From positions 1 through 64,000 of IMG/VR virus record IMGVR_UViG_3300047678_000094: a stretch of DNA of 64,000 bases; one strand, written 5' to 3'. Origin of the DNA: a virus. This document shows positions 46,036 to 56,491 of this stretch, piece after piece; position 1 is the first letter of the stretch; each line of letters begins with the position of its first letter. The position numbers and the translations under genes are program-made. The notes beneath the pieces are model-generated. The model worked only from the letters and a program-made list of their open reading frames with translations, did not search any database and was not told the DNA's origin.

Positions 46036-47235
46036 ATGTCTGAAGAAATCACCTACATCGCAACAAACACAGATATCCAAGTTATCGACACCTTTGATCC
46101 GGGTGAAGTAAAGGCTTTGTCGTATTTGTGTCAGATAGATACTGAAGCAGAGACGGGGTTTGTTCAATTCAAAGTAGTTCATGATGGAGTTACAGCAGGT
46201 ATCACACAACAAGGGTTGTCTGTTTCAGACAATTCACCTTTAAGTTTTGATGCTAACATATACTCGCACTCAGGTGAGATTAAGGTAACTCCGGTTTCGC
46301 AGCCAACAACCATTGTTATGGAAAAGACGACTATCCTCGCTAACAATTATGCCGAACACACAAAGTGTGGCCGCTGGATTAAACACACTGAAGGTTTCGC
46401 TTTGAACTCTGACACTGTGGTTGTTAGACAAGCAAACAATAATGTGTATGATGAACCGAGCGTCTATCTGACATCAAACACACTTGGTCCTGTTGAAGAT
46501 GGACCTAATCTATTATCTAATCCGACGTTCTCTGATACCTCAGGTTGGATTCCACATAATGATGCTGTCTTATCAAATACTATTCTAACCACGAGCAACA
46601 TTTACAAAGACAACTTTATCTATCAAGCCTTCGAAGCAGAACTAGGTTACACATACCGAGCTTCAGTTTCTGGAAGTAATGGGTCTATGGTGGTAGGAAC
46701 AACACTCTCAGATAACAACTATGTTGATACCGAGTTAGCTATCAACGTTGATCGCGAGTTCACACCGAACACCGTTACCGGAATGTACTATTCGCTTGGG
46801 CATACGAATTCTGGTGACACATCTCTATTGGAGAGCTATCTTTATAAGATCGTTCCTTTCAACACATATCGCTATGACCTCGGAACGTTCTTTATCAAGT
46901 GGGCTAACACCGCAGTAAACACCGTTCTCTGGGAGATGCTAACAGTAGAGGGTTATCCGCGTGAAGTGAAGATTAACTCTAATGGTGATGTTCAGATCAC
47001 CGAAAACACGACTATACTAGTGATTGGTGCTCAAAGTGGTGGAAACAACAAGCTTGCATTCAGTTACGAGGATGGAATTGTTGCTTCTCTTAATGGAAAT
47101 TCCGTGGTCTCAAACCTAAATATTGAGATACTGGATAATATGATGACGCTTGAATTTGTGGCTCCGTTTTTACAATTCTCATACGTTCCAACAGTTATCT
47201 CAAACACCGAATTGGTAGTCCTATCGAATGGCTAG
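46036..47235 (+). CDS. acidic virion-associated protein with carbohydrate-binding-like segment
   Basis: NLLSNPTF...GW motif; late promoter upstream; precedes the tail fibre. Confidence 0.55.
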   Translation: MSEEITYIATNTDIQVIDTFDPGEVKALSYLCQIDTEAETGFVQFKVVHDGVTAGITQQGLSVSDNSPLSFDANIYSHSGEIKVTPVSQPTTIVMEKTTILANNYAEHTKCGRWIKHTEGFALNSDTVVVRQANNNVYDEPSVYLTSNTLGPVEDGPNLLSNPTFSDTSGWIPHNDAVLSNTILTTSNIYKDNFIYQAFEAELGYTYRASVSGSNGSMVVGTTLSDNNYVDTELAINVDREFTPNTVTGMYYSLGHTNSGDTSLLESYLYKIVPFNTYRYDLGTFFIKWANTAVNTVLWEMLTVEGYPREVKINSNGDVQITENTTILVIGAQSGGNNKLAFSYEDGIVASLNGNSVVSNLNIEILDNMMTLEFVAPFLQFSYVPTVISNTELVVLSNG

Positions 47236-50200
47236 AAAAAAAGAGTATTTTGAAAACGATGTAGCTCTGCAAGGCATTTACGCTGCAGGCTCTCTCGGTA
47301 CAGCCGGACAGGTTCTTAAGTCTGATGGAGACAGCGTATATTGGGGTACAGATTCTGCTTCCGGCGGAGATGCAGCCACACTAGACGGATACGACTCTAC
47401 AGCGTTTGTGCTCGTAACAGATTACGAAGATTCTGATGTTCTAACAAAAATTAAAAACGTAGATGGGTCCGGATCGGGTCTTGATGCAGACCTTCTAGAC
47501 GGCCATGACACATCATACTTTGCCACAGCTTCAAGTCTAGGTTCGTATCTACCATTGGCTGGTGGCACGATGACTGGTGATTTGCTTATTAGTGCTGGAC
47601 ATGGACTTGCTTGGTCAAACAGTTCAGCAAATCGTATTTACATAGAAAATAACGGCACAAATTGGACTTTTAATCGCCAAACATCGGTTCCTGCCTATAT
47701 CGATACGCCATTCTATGTTCCACTTGCCACTGGTGTTCTTACTTTCAATACTGGACCATACGTCGGTGCTAGCGTAATCTGGCACGCCGGTAACGATGGT
47801 GCAGGCTCAGGTCTTGATGCTGACTTGCTGGATGGTATGAACACCACAACGGTTGGTGCAGTAAGCTCAATCTTAGCACTAGATTCCGGTGGTACTGCAA
47901 CAGCATTACAATTTAATGCTTCTACAACAACACCTTATTACGCGTTCTATCAGAGTGGCGCCGCTACTAATGAGAAGCGTTGGTATTGGGTTGCTACTGG
48001 TGGAGTTCTCTACCTCCGCACCATCAACGACGCGTTTAGTAGTGACAGCACTGTTCTTTATTTTACACGCTCAGGACAAACTCCTGGTGTTGCGCAATTT
48101 ACTGTGCCATTGGGTACAACAGGACAAACGTTTGCTATCGGAAGTGTCGCCAACCCACGTTTCTATATGTACAATAGTAGCGGTACTGCTTCAACTTTAG
48201 TTGCTGGAGCCGACAGTGGTGCTGCTTGGATTGGAACATTTACGAACAGCTTCTTTTCTCTTTATGCAAATTCTGCAGAAAGACTTAGAGTAACAACTTC
48301 TGGGTCTCTATTGAGAGATGGTGCGTACACGATATGGGACAGTAACAATGACGGTTCCGGATCGGGGCTTGATGCCGACACAACCGATGGATATCATTTA
48401 AACCAAAACGTGCTGACAACAAGTTCTCCTAGATTTGTCGGTGTTGGTGTTGCATATAGTGGAGGTTCACCAGAATTTTATCTCGATGGTGGATACACAG
48501 CATTCACCGGAAACTCCAACAATCCCGGTCTTCGTATTCAAAGATATACAGGCAACTACTACGTAGATTTTATACACGACACAAATGGAACCGGTGAACA
48601 TCTTCATATTGCTGTTCGCTCCGGCGGAGCAGCTGTAGCTACACTACGCATTTATCCAACAACTATGACCTTCTTGGGCAACACAGTTTGGCATGCCGGT
48701 AACGATGGCGCGGGTTCTGGTCTTGATGCCGATTTGCTTGATGGTATAAACAGCACGTCGTTTGCAAGATTAGACACGGATCCAACGTGGGTCTCGGGGC
48801 GAATAGTTCAGTTCACAATGAACAGCAACATTGCTCTATCGAGCGCGACGAGCAGTGAATATTACGCTCTGGCTGCTCTTGGAAACGGGACTGGAGCCGC
48901 TGTAATTTCATTCCACCGTCCAGGATCATTCGCGGCGTATCTTGGACTTGATACGGACAATGGTCTGAAGTACGGCGGCTGGTCTGCGGGAGGACCGTTT
49001 ACAGTCTGGCACTCCGGTAACGACGGTTCTGGCTCTGGTCTTGATGCTGATACCGTTGGTGGATTAAACTCCACGCAATTTCTGCGTTCAGATATAACCC
49101 AACAAGGTGGCGTCGCATATCTGGCGCAAGATTTCAATACTTATCCAAACGTGTATAACGTCTCGTTTGCCAACATTACCGGTTCAACCAATCTGCCAAC
49201 TGGTATGGCCTCAGTTAACTCGTACCGCTTTATCATGGCCGGTGGAGATACGGCTGGGCGTGGAGTTGACCTTGTTGTCACACAGGAAAATCCTTATGCA
49301 AATATGTTCTTCAGGGAGCGAACATACGGCGGTTGGAGCAAGATTTGGCACAACAACAACGATGGCGCAGGTTCTGGTCTTGATGCCGACTTGCTCGACG
49401 GGTACAATATCGGCACATCGGGCGCCGCCATTGGCCTACTAAACGCTGCGTGGACTAGAAGTGCTGTCACTACGTTCACTCAGGGCTACGGCGTCCTCTT
49501 CGCCAACTCGGGCGCTACGCACGGCATCTTCGACTACAACAACACCGCCCTTATCATAACCTACAATACGTCTGATTGGGCTTCATCAGTTCGTATCAAT
49601 TCAGCCAGCACGGATATTTATGCGAACTCAGTTCCGCTATCGTGGAACGGACAAACCATAAACCTATCTTCAACAGCGAACCCACGTTTCTACATGTACA
49701 ACAACGCCGGAACGGCTTCTACACTTATCGTAGGGGCTGATAGTGGTGCGGCATGGATTGGTACGTTCACCAACTCAAACTTCTCGCTTTACGCGAATTC
49801 ATCGGAACGTCTCCGTATAGGCCCATCGGGGTCGCTTCTGCGCGATGCAACTCACACGATGTGGGACGCCAACAACGACGGCGCAGGTTCTGGTCTTGAT
49901 GCCGATCTGCTTGATGGATACAGCAGCGAAGCATTCGCCCGTCTCGCTGCAACGTCAATATCCTTTACGAGTGCTGCTTCGGGCTTCAACGTGTTTCTCT
50001 CGAAATATGTGTACTTCAATATTATTGACCAAACATCAACGGATGGCCAGACAGGTATTCGGATCACAACCAAAAATGGTGCTGGTGTAGACAAACACAC
50101 CTACATCTACACGACCTCAGGCAATGATCTACGCATTCAACAAGGTTCCGGCACGGATGGCCTAATATGGACTTCGGGTAACGGTGGTTCCGGTTCTGGT

Positions 50201-51493
50201 CTTGATGCCGATCTGCTTGATGGTATGGACTCCGGACGTTTTGTCTCTGGTGGTGCCACCGGAAAATCAGACGGCTCCCAGACGAACATGAATTCCAATA
50301 CCCTGCGTTCTGGATTCTACTACGCAAACGCTCCAACTAACTATTCAGTAAATGATTGGTTGAATTGGATACAAGTTCGCGCGGATGCGTGGGGAGATGG
50401 TAGCCAGTACGGGTTCCAGATCGCTGGAGCTTTCCATAGTGATAACCTTCATTATCGTCGCCATACGAATGGAACCTACTATGGCTGGAATTCCATTTGG
50501 CACGCCGGTAGCGATGGTGCTGGTTCGGGCTTGGATGCGGACTTGCTCGATGGATTGAACGTCGGTACGTCCGGTTCTGCTATTCCAAATCTTGCTGCGG
50601 CCAACATCTTCGGAACGGTTCAGACGATCACGGCTGGAACCGCCGCGACTGTAACGGAATTGATTAGGTTCAGGCCGTCTGACTATGCGACAGGCAAACC
50701 GTATCTGTTTATCCAAAACGTCGCCGCGCAGAATTATCATATTGGTCTATGGGACGGCACCAACAACAATGGAACAATTACCTTTGATACAGCAGTTGGG
50801 CTTCCGGGGGGAAGCACCGTGGGTGGCTATTATCCGTGGACGTCGAACAACGACGGCGCAGGTTCTGGTCTTGATGCCGATCTGCTTGATGGCTACAACA
50901 CAGCAACAGCAGCTACCGCCTCAACGGTCGCTGTTCGTGATAGTTCTGGTGATATCTACTCTTCTTCCATATATGTCTCAAACTGGCTTAGAACCACAGG
51001 TTCTGCTGGTTGGTATAGCCAGACATACGGTGGTGGTACGTGGATGGAAGATACCACATACGTTAAAATATACGGCAGCAAGGCGCTTTACGTTGCTAAC
51101 AACATTGATGCAACAGGCAACATCACAGCTTACTACTCTGATGAACGCCTCAAAGAACGTACAGGTATCATTAATGGAGCGTTGGACAAGATTGAAAGTC
51201 TTGATACGTTCTACTACAAAGAAAACGATATTGCTCGTTCGCTTGGGTACAAAAACGACAAAGAACAGGTTGGTATGTCTGCACAACAAATTCAAAAGGT
51301 GCTTCCACACGTTGTTCATCGCGCGCCTGTGGACATTAAAGTCAATGAAGATGGGACACAATCCTCTAAATCGGGAGAAGAATATTTAACAGTAGATTAC
51401 GCACGTGTAATGCCACTTGCGATTGCCGCTATTAAAGAACTTCGCTCTGAAGTTGCTTCTCTTCGTGCAGAAATTGCATCAATGAGGAAATAA
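47228..51493 (+). CDS. long tail fibre with modular repeats and C-terminal peptidase S74 chaperone
   Basis: Ten GSGLDAD linkers; C-terminal YSDERLK...GMSAQQIQKVLP...TVDY...AIKEL. Confidence 0.88.
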   Translation: MARKKEYFENDVALQGIYAAGSLGTAGQVLKSDGDSVYWGTDSASGGDAATLDGYDSTAFVLVTDYEDSDVLTKIKNVDGSGSGLDADLLDGHDTSYFATASSLGSYLPLAGGTMTGDLLISAGHGLAWSNSSANRIYIENNGTNWTFNRQTSVPAYIDTPFYVPLATGVLTFNTGPYVGASVIWHAGNDGAGSGLDADLLDGMNTTTVGAVSSILALDSGGTATALQFNASTTTPYYAFYQSGAATNEKRWYWVATGGVLYLRTINDAFSSDSTVLYFTRSGQTPGVAQFTVPLGTTGQTFAIGSVANPRFYMYNSSGTASTLVAGADSGAAWIGTFTNSFFSLYANSAERLRVTTSGSLLRDGAYTIWDSNNDGSGSGLDADTTDGYHLNQNVLTTSSPRFVGVGVAYSGGSPEFYLDGGYTAFTGNSNNPGLRIQRYTGNYYVDFIHDTNGTGEHLHIAVRSGGAAVATLRIYPTTMTFLGNTVWHAGNDGAGSGLDADLLDGINSTSFARLDTDPTWVSGRIVQFTMNSNIALSSATSSEYYALAALGNGTGAAVISFHRPGSFAAYLGLDTDNGLKYGGWSAGGPFTVWHSGNDGSGSGLDADTVGGLNSTQFLRSDITQQGGVAYLAQDFNTYPNVYNVSFANITGSTNLPTGMASVNSYRFIMAGGDTAGRGVDLVVTQENPYANMFFRERTYGGWSKIWHNNNDGAGSGLDADLLDGYNIGTSGAAIGLLNAAWTRSAVTTFTQGYGVLFANSGATHGIFDYNNTALIITYNTSDWASSVRINSASTDIYANSVPLSWNGQTINLSSTANPRFYMYNNAGTASTLIVGADSGAAWIGTFTNSNFSLYANSSERLRIGPSGSLLRDATHTMWDANNDGAGSGLDADLLDGYSSEAFARLAATSISFTSAASGFNVFLSKYVYFNIIDQTSTDGQTGIRITTKNGAGVDKHTYIYTTSGNDLRIQQGSGTDGLIWTSGNGGSGSGLDADLLDGMDSGRFVSGGATGKSDGSQTNMNSNTLRSGFYYANAPTNYSVNDWLNWIQVRADAWGDGSQYGFQIAGAFHSDNLHYRRHTNGTYYGWNSIWHAGSDGAGSGLDADLLDGLNVGTSGSAIPNLAAANIFGTVQTITAGTAATVTELIRFRPSDYATGKPYLFIQNVAAQNYHIGLWDGTNNNGTITFDTAVGLPGGSTVGGYYPWTSNNDGAGSGLDADLLDGYNTATAATASTVAVRDSSGDIYSSSIYVSNWLRTTGSAGWYSQTYGGGTWMEDTTYVKIYGSKALYVANNIDATGNITAYYSDERLKERTGIINGALDKIESLDTFYYKENDIARSLGYKNDKEQVGMSAQQIQKVLPHVVHRAPVDIKVNEDGTQSSKSGEEYLTVDYARVMPLAIAAIKELRSEVASLRAEIASMRK

Positions 51494-51495
51494 CT

Positions 51496-52050
51496 ATGAC
51501 ACTGGCAGCATCAGGCGCTATAACTCTGGTTGACATAAGAAACGAATTCAAGGCTGCTTCAGGTGCAGTAAGTTTGTCGGAAATGTATAGAAGTGGGACA
51601 TATGTTCCACCATTAACAGCTAACGCTGGTATCCCAACTTCTGGGCAGATTCAACTTGATGATTTCTATTCAACTACTGTGGTAACAGACATGGATGCCT
51701 CATATAGTGCAGAATCAATTGGAATTAAAGGTGGTGGATCTACAGTAAGTTTTACTGTAGGTAATGACGGAAACATAGCATCTATATGCATTCCTTCTAT
51801 TGTTACCAATTTCAGTGATACTTGGGTAGCTTCTAGTTCTGCTCCTGGTTCTTGGTACGAGGTATATGTTAGCGTCAGTTCTGGAACCTCTCCGACCGGA
51901 GCCTCTTTAAATACTTGGCTAGCACTGAGTAGTGATAGAACTTGGACTCTCAGTAGCTCAGCTAGCTGTACGTTGACTCTGAAAATTCGACATAAATATA
52001 ATACCGCTTCTGAAGAAACATGTACAATCTACTTAACCGCAGGCGCATAA
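51496..52050 (+). CDS. putative fibre-tip adhesin/adaptor
   Basis: SGAI.L.DIRNEF...SLSEMYR...IPTSGQI..DDFY N-terminus; follows the S74 fibre. Confidence 0.6.
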   Translation: MTLAASGAITLVDIRNEFKAASGAVSLSEMYRSGTYVPPLTANAGIPTSGQIQLDDFYSTTVVTDMDASYSAESIGIKGGGSTVSFTVGNDGNIASICIPSIVTNFSDTWVASSSAPGSWYEVYVSVSSGTSPTGASLNTWLALSSDRTWTLSSSASCTLTLKIRHKYNTASEETCTIYLTAGA

Positions 52051-52059
52051 GGAATTTCA

Positions 52060-52572
52060 ATGTCTTCGATCGATTGGATGATAGATCAGCAAATAAAATC
52101 TGGTAGACCCATGACTTGTTCGTTCGTAGTTTTGGCTAAAGAATACAAAGCTATCCACGATGCTGAGACTAAACCAGCAGCAAAAATTAAGATAGAAAAC
52201 AATTTCAGAAAAGCATTGATGGCTTTACCTGAATTTGAACCAGTTCATTCTAGAATGATCATATCTTACTTACTGGCTAATCCGAATAACTATACTCCTG
52301 CTCAAAGAACTCTTATACTAAATGATCACATAAATTATTTGATCTCTAAAATAACTCCTGAATCAAGAGCCACTACGTTGAGTTTTTTAGAAAGTCTACT
52401 ACCGAGTAATAAGAGAGCAGGGAAATTGGGGGACCATCCCGCTTTAGCTGCTCTCATTCAAACTAAGATTCTAAATTTTACACCAGCTAAACAACTACCA
52501 AAAAAACCAGAAATTTCGGTGTCAACCACGCCTATTATTGTATCTGTAGGTCCCCCATCAACCAAGTCATAA
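52060..52572 (+). CDS. hypothetical protein (AT-rich)
   Basis: AAGGA RBS. Confidence 0.55.
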   Translation: MSSIDWMIDQQIKSGRPMTCSFVVLAKEYKAIHDAETKPAAKIKIENNFRKALMALPEFEPVHSRMIISYLLANPNNYTPAQRTLILNDHINYLISKITPESRATTLSFLESLLPSNKRAGKLGDHPALAALIQTKILNFTPAKQLPKKPEISVSTTPIIVSVGPPSTKS

Positions 52573-52606
52573 AATATAAATAAAGCGAAGAAGTAAGGAA
52601 ACTCCA

Positions 52607-53161
52607 ATGAGTACTGAGAATATGGAATACACCGTCAACAAAAAAGACGATAAGACAGCAGAGTTGATTCTTATCGATCCGGATTCTGGGATCGTCACAA
52701 CCAGAACTATCAATATTTTTGATTGTAAAAATAAAGCTCAGCTTGATGAAAGAATCGAAGCTCACCTTAGAGCCTTTGCCCACAGAATTAATGTTGGTGT
52801 TATAACAACGTCTTCTCTTCCAGCAGTAGATTTGCCATCTGACATCGTAGTTGACCCAACTCTTTCTAAAGCTAGCCAGCTGGTTCTATTGGATGTCATC
52901 GAAGCAAAAACTGGAGAAATGCTCCAGCAAGCCGAAGAAAATTTAACAAAGTTAATTAAAGAAGACGAAGACGAAGAAGCTGTCATAGAAGCTAAAGAAA
53001 AAATTGCAACAATCAAAACTTCAGTCGAGTCTATTTTTGCAGTTAAAACTGAAACTCTTGCTCTTGTAGAACCAGTGAAAGAGGAAGTATTTGTAGAACC
53101 GGAAGTGCTGAATAATACTTTGCCAAAAACTCCAGTTCCACCAACAACAAAACCAAAATAG
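52607..53161 (+). CDS. hypothetical protein
   Basis: TATAAATA at 52575-52582; TAAGGA RBS. Confidence 0.6.
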   Translation: MSTENMEYTVNKKDDKTAELILIDPDSGIVTTRTINIFDCKNKAQLDERIEAHLRAFAHRINVGVITTSSLPAVDLPSDIVVDPTLSKASQLVLLDVIEAKTGEMLQQAEENLTKLIKEDEDEEAVIEAKEKIATIKTSVESIFAVKTETLALVEPVKEEVFVEPEVLNNTLPKTPVPPTTKPK

Positions 53162-53239
53162 AGTTGGTATAAATATACTTGATGGTGGATGAGACACATC
53201 CCATCACCAAAATCACCTAACAAATAGAGAGAAAAGATT

Positions 53240-53497
53240 ATGAAAGTAGCACCTAAACTATCTAAAACTAAACCAAGTGATCCTGTAGGAGAAAGCATGA
53301 AGAAACAACACAAAGAACCTACCGTGAATGTGGTTCTGACTGCCAAACAATTTAATATTGTGATGGCTGGACTTGGTGAACTACCACACAAACATGTTGG
53401 TAATCTCATTAATGAACTTGTGGCGCAAGTTCAACCGCAGGTCGAAGAGAAACCACCCGCGAAGGCTTCAAAAGCCCCACCAGCATCTGAAGAGTAA
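53240..53497 (+). CDS. hypothetical protein
   Basis: TATAAATA at 53168-53175; GLGELP.K.V..LI..L..QV motif. Confidence 0.6.
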   Translation: MKVAPKLSKTKPSDPVGESMKKQHKEPTVNVVLTAKQFNIVMAGLGELPHKHVGNLINELVAQVQPQVEEKPPAKASKAPPASEE

Positions 53498-53688
53498 TGC
53501 TTCGGCATATTCTTTTCAATCTACAATCATCTGAATATAGTGTTGATGTTGTTCCTTCTTTCGCTTTATTCGAGAGAAATCTCGATGTCGCAGAGATCGA
53601 TCTAACATCAACACTTGTATCATTCCGAAGACAAATTATGGAAAGAGTTGATAATTATGAACCAAATGATGAAAATATGGACAGCTAA
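53497..53688 (+). CDS. hypothetical protein
   Basis: TAATG coupling with the upstream ORF. Confidence 0.45.
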   Translation: MLRHILFNLQSSEYSVDVVPSFALFERNLDVAEIDLTSTLVSFRRQIMERVDNYEPNDENMDS

Positions 53689-54229
53689 TCTCAACGGTCA
53701 GTTTGTAGATGCTATCTGCGAGGTTGGAGATAAACAACCAATCGCTCAAACAGGCATTGGATTCGCCGGAGAATCTAATGGCATTGATACAATAAGAAAG
53801 AGTGAGATTCGGTGGATCAACACATACGATCTAAACCACAAGTTCATCGTTGACACGCTCTGGAATTTTGCCAACGATGCTAATCGCGACCACTTTGGGT
53901 TTGATCTTAACTATCTCAGAGACATCCAATACACAACCTACAAATCTGAGAACAGTGGTAAGTATGATTGGCACCAGGACACCTTCTGGCTTAACCCTAC
54001 CGCGAATCATCGCAAAATATCAATGATCATCCAACTCTCAGATCCCAAAGAGTATAGCGGCGGAGAATTCCAAGTTGATCCGGAGTTTGGTGTCCTGGAT
54101 CAACAATCTGTGAAACAGAGAGGAACCGTGATAGCATTTCCTTCATTCTTAAGACATAGAGTAACACCAGTCACTTCCGGGATCAGAAGAAGCCTTGTTT
54201 GCTGGATAGAGGGACCTAAATTCAGATAA
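53666..54229 (+). CDS. 2OG-Fe(II) oxygenase (prolyl-4-hydroxylase/PKHD-like)
   Basis: YDWHQD (HxD), RKISMIIQLSDP..Y.GG, and FPSFLRHRVTPVTSG.RRSLVCW motifs. Confidence 0.9.
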   Translation: MMKIWTANLNGQFVDAICEVGDKQPIAQTGIGFAGESNGIDTIRKSEIRWINTYDLNHKFIVDTLWNFANDANRDHFGFDLNYLRDIQYTTYKSENSGKYDWHQDTFWLNPTANHRKISMIIQLSDPKEYSGGEFQVDPEFGVLDQQSVKQRGTVIAFPSFLRHRVTPVTSGIRRSLVCWIEGPKFR

Positions 54230-54259
54230 ATAGCTGAATAGACCCACTGGAGAGGTATA

Positions 54260-55000
54260 ATGAGCGTTCCTACATCAAGAGCCCTATTCAAAGAGTGGTG
54301 CCTCAAGAAACTCGGCAAGCCAGTCATTTCGATCAACGTATCTGACGATCAGGTAGATGATCGTATCGACGAGGCTCTGAAGTACTACTATGATTACCAC
54401 TTCGATGGTACCGAGAAAACATACTACAAGTATCAGCTAACTCAACCAGACATTGATGCTGGATGCATTCCAGCACCGGAAAATCTTCTGGGTGTGGTTG
54501 GCGTATTCCCAGTTATGGGATCGTATGCCGGATCAAACATCTTTAACATCCAGTATCAGATTGCTTTGAATGAGATCTGGTCTCTAACAAGCATTCAGCT
54601 TACACCATACTACCTTGCGATGGAACATATCGCCCTGATCAACGAATTGTTTGTTGGAAACCAACGTATACGCTTCAATCGACACACTAATAAGATTTAC
54701 ATTGATATGGATTGGACACAGGCCGTTGTCGGTAAGTGGATTGTTGTTGAAGGATATCTTCTGGTAGACCCAGACACATACACTGATGCTTGGTCTGATC
54801 GTTGGCTTCAACTGTACGCTACAGCCAAAATCAAAGAACAGTGGGGTAACAATCTGTCTAAATTCTCTGGTATGCAATTACCAGGTGGAGTTCAATTCAA
54901 TGGACAAGCTATCAAAGATGAAGCAGTTGCAGAGATTAAAGATCTTGAAGCCCGCATGATCAATGAGTTCAGCCTGCCTCCTGAAGATATGGTAGGCTAG
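54260..55000 (+). CDS. gp13: neck protein
   Basis: CLKKLGKPVI.INV.DDQ.DDRIDEAL and QWG.NL.KF.GMQLPGGV motifs. Confidence 0.95.
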   Translation: MSVPTSRALFKEWCLKKLGKPVISINVSDDQVDDRIDEALKYYYDYHFDGTEKTYYKYQLTQPDIDAGCIPAPENLLGVVGVFPVMGSYAGSNIFNIQYQIALNEIWSLTSIQLTPYYLAMEHIALINELFVGNQRIRFNRHTNKIYIDMDWTQAVVGKWIVVEGYLLVDPDTYTDAWSDRWLQLYATAKIKEQWGNNLSKFSGMQLPGGVQFNGQAIKDEAVAEIKDLEARMINEFSLPPEDMVG

Positions 55001-55041
55001 ACATACGTTTTTATAAATAGACTCTGAAAAGGAGATCTATT

Positions 55042-55761
55042 ATGAGTGAGAAATACGGTTTTGTATACATCTGGTACGATCGCAAACACAAGCGATTCTA
55101 TATTGGGAGTCACTGGGGAACTGAAGATGATGGGTATATCTGTTCATCTACTTGGATGCGAAATGCATATAAACGAAGACCAACAGATTTTAAAAGAAAA
55201 ATTTTGAAACACGTAAAAACAAATCGCAACGATCTTCTTTTAGAAGAACATAGATGGCTGTTGATGATTCCTAAGGAATCATTGGGTAAAAATTATTACA
55301 ACATGACACAACACTTAAACGGTCATTGGGAAACAGAAGAAGAACGACGTTTATCTTTAGTTGATAAGATATCTCTTCATACAAAAGAAGCTATGCAAAG
55401 ACCTGATGTTCGAAAGAAATATCTGGCTGGTTTACAGAAACGTAACAGTATACAAAGCATCGAAGCCAAAAAGAAACGTTCTGAATCTATGAAACGTACA
55501 ATGGCTAAAAAATTCCCAATTGAATCTAGATTTAAATACGAAACCAAATTTGGTTCTGATGAATACAAAATTAATATGGGGAAAACAATATCAGAATCTT
55601 GGAAACATAGAGACAAAAAGAAAATAGGGAAGAAAATTTCCGCAAGCCTTAAAGGTGTACCAAGACCATCTATGTTGGGTCGTAAATGGTGGAATAATGG
55701 TTCTATAAATAGAAGATCTATATTACCACCAGATGCAACTTTTGTTGCAGGAAAAGTTTAA
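55042..55761 (+). mobile_element. free-standing GIY-YIG (Seg-like) homing endonuclease
   Basis: GFVYIW...FYIGSH...DDGYICSS; AT-rich; own late promoter TATAAATA at 55012-55019. Confidence 0.85.
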
Positions 55762-56489
55762 TGGCAACCAATCCGTATATTAATGCGTTCTACAATGAAC
55801 CTGAACAGGATCTGATGGATGATCTTGTGATGGAGAGCATTAAATTTTATGGACATGATTGCAACTACATCGTTCGTGATACTGTAGAAGTGGACGAAGT
55901 TTACGGCGAAGCTCCACTAACAGAATACAATCGCGCATATATGTTAGATTTCTATATCCGTAACTTTGATAGTTACGAGGGTGACGGTGTCTTCCTTTCT
56001 AAATTCAATCTTGAGATTCGCGACAGCTTAACTCTGACTGTATCATTGAAGAACTTCAAAGCAGAAATTGGACAAGCCGAAAATTTATCAAGACCACGCG
56101 AGGGTGACCTAATACACGTGCCAATGGATGGTCGTGTCTATGTCATCAAATTCGTCAACAAAACCCCGGTGTTTTACCAGATGGGTAAGATCCAATTCTA
56201 CGATTTGACTTGTGAGGTGTTCGAGTATAGTAACGAGAAATTCAATACTGGTATCCAAGCTGTTGATAACATCTACCGTAACCGTTCAGTAGACATTACA
56301 AATTTCGCTCTACTAACGCAAGACGGCTATATGATTGCCGACCAAGATGGTTACCCAATCATACAAGGTGGATATGATATTGACGGACAATCTGGTGACT
56401 CCGGCGATGACAGTGGCGAGATCCAGAATGAGTCTAATGCCGTTCTAGACTGGAGCGAACGAGATCCATTCAGCGAAGGAAATGTGTAA
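55761..56489 (+). CDS. gp14: neck protein
   Basis: EQDL..DLV.ESIKFYG, RPREGDLI and FYQMGK motifs. Confidence 0.95.
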   Translation: MATNPYINAFYNEPEQDLMDDLVMESIKFYGHDCNYIVRDTVEVDEVYGEAPLTEYNRAYMLDFYIRNFDSYEGDGVFLSKFNLEIRDSLTLTVSLKNFKAEIGQAENLSRPREGDLIHVPMDGRVYVIKFVNKTPVFYQMGKIQFYDLTCEVFEYSNEKFNTGIQAVDNIYRNRSVDITNFALLTQDGYMIADQDGYPIIQGGYDIDGQSGDSGDDSGEIQNESNAVLDWSERDPFSEGNV

Positions 56490-56491
56490 TA

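Noticed and set aside
47228-51493. CRISPR array or diversity-generating retroelement in the fibre repeats
   Set aside because: The repeats are in-frame protein linkers hundreds of nt apart. There is no cas or reverse-transcriptase gene in the window, and the duplicated module does not differ specifically at adenines.
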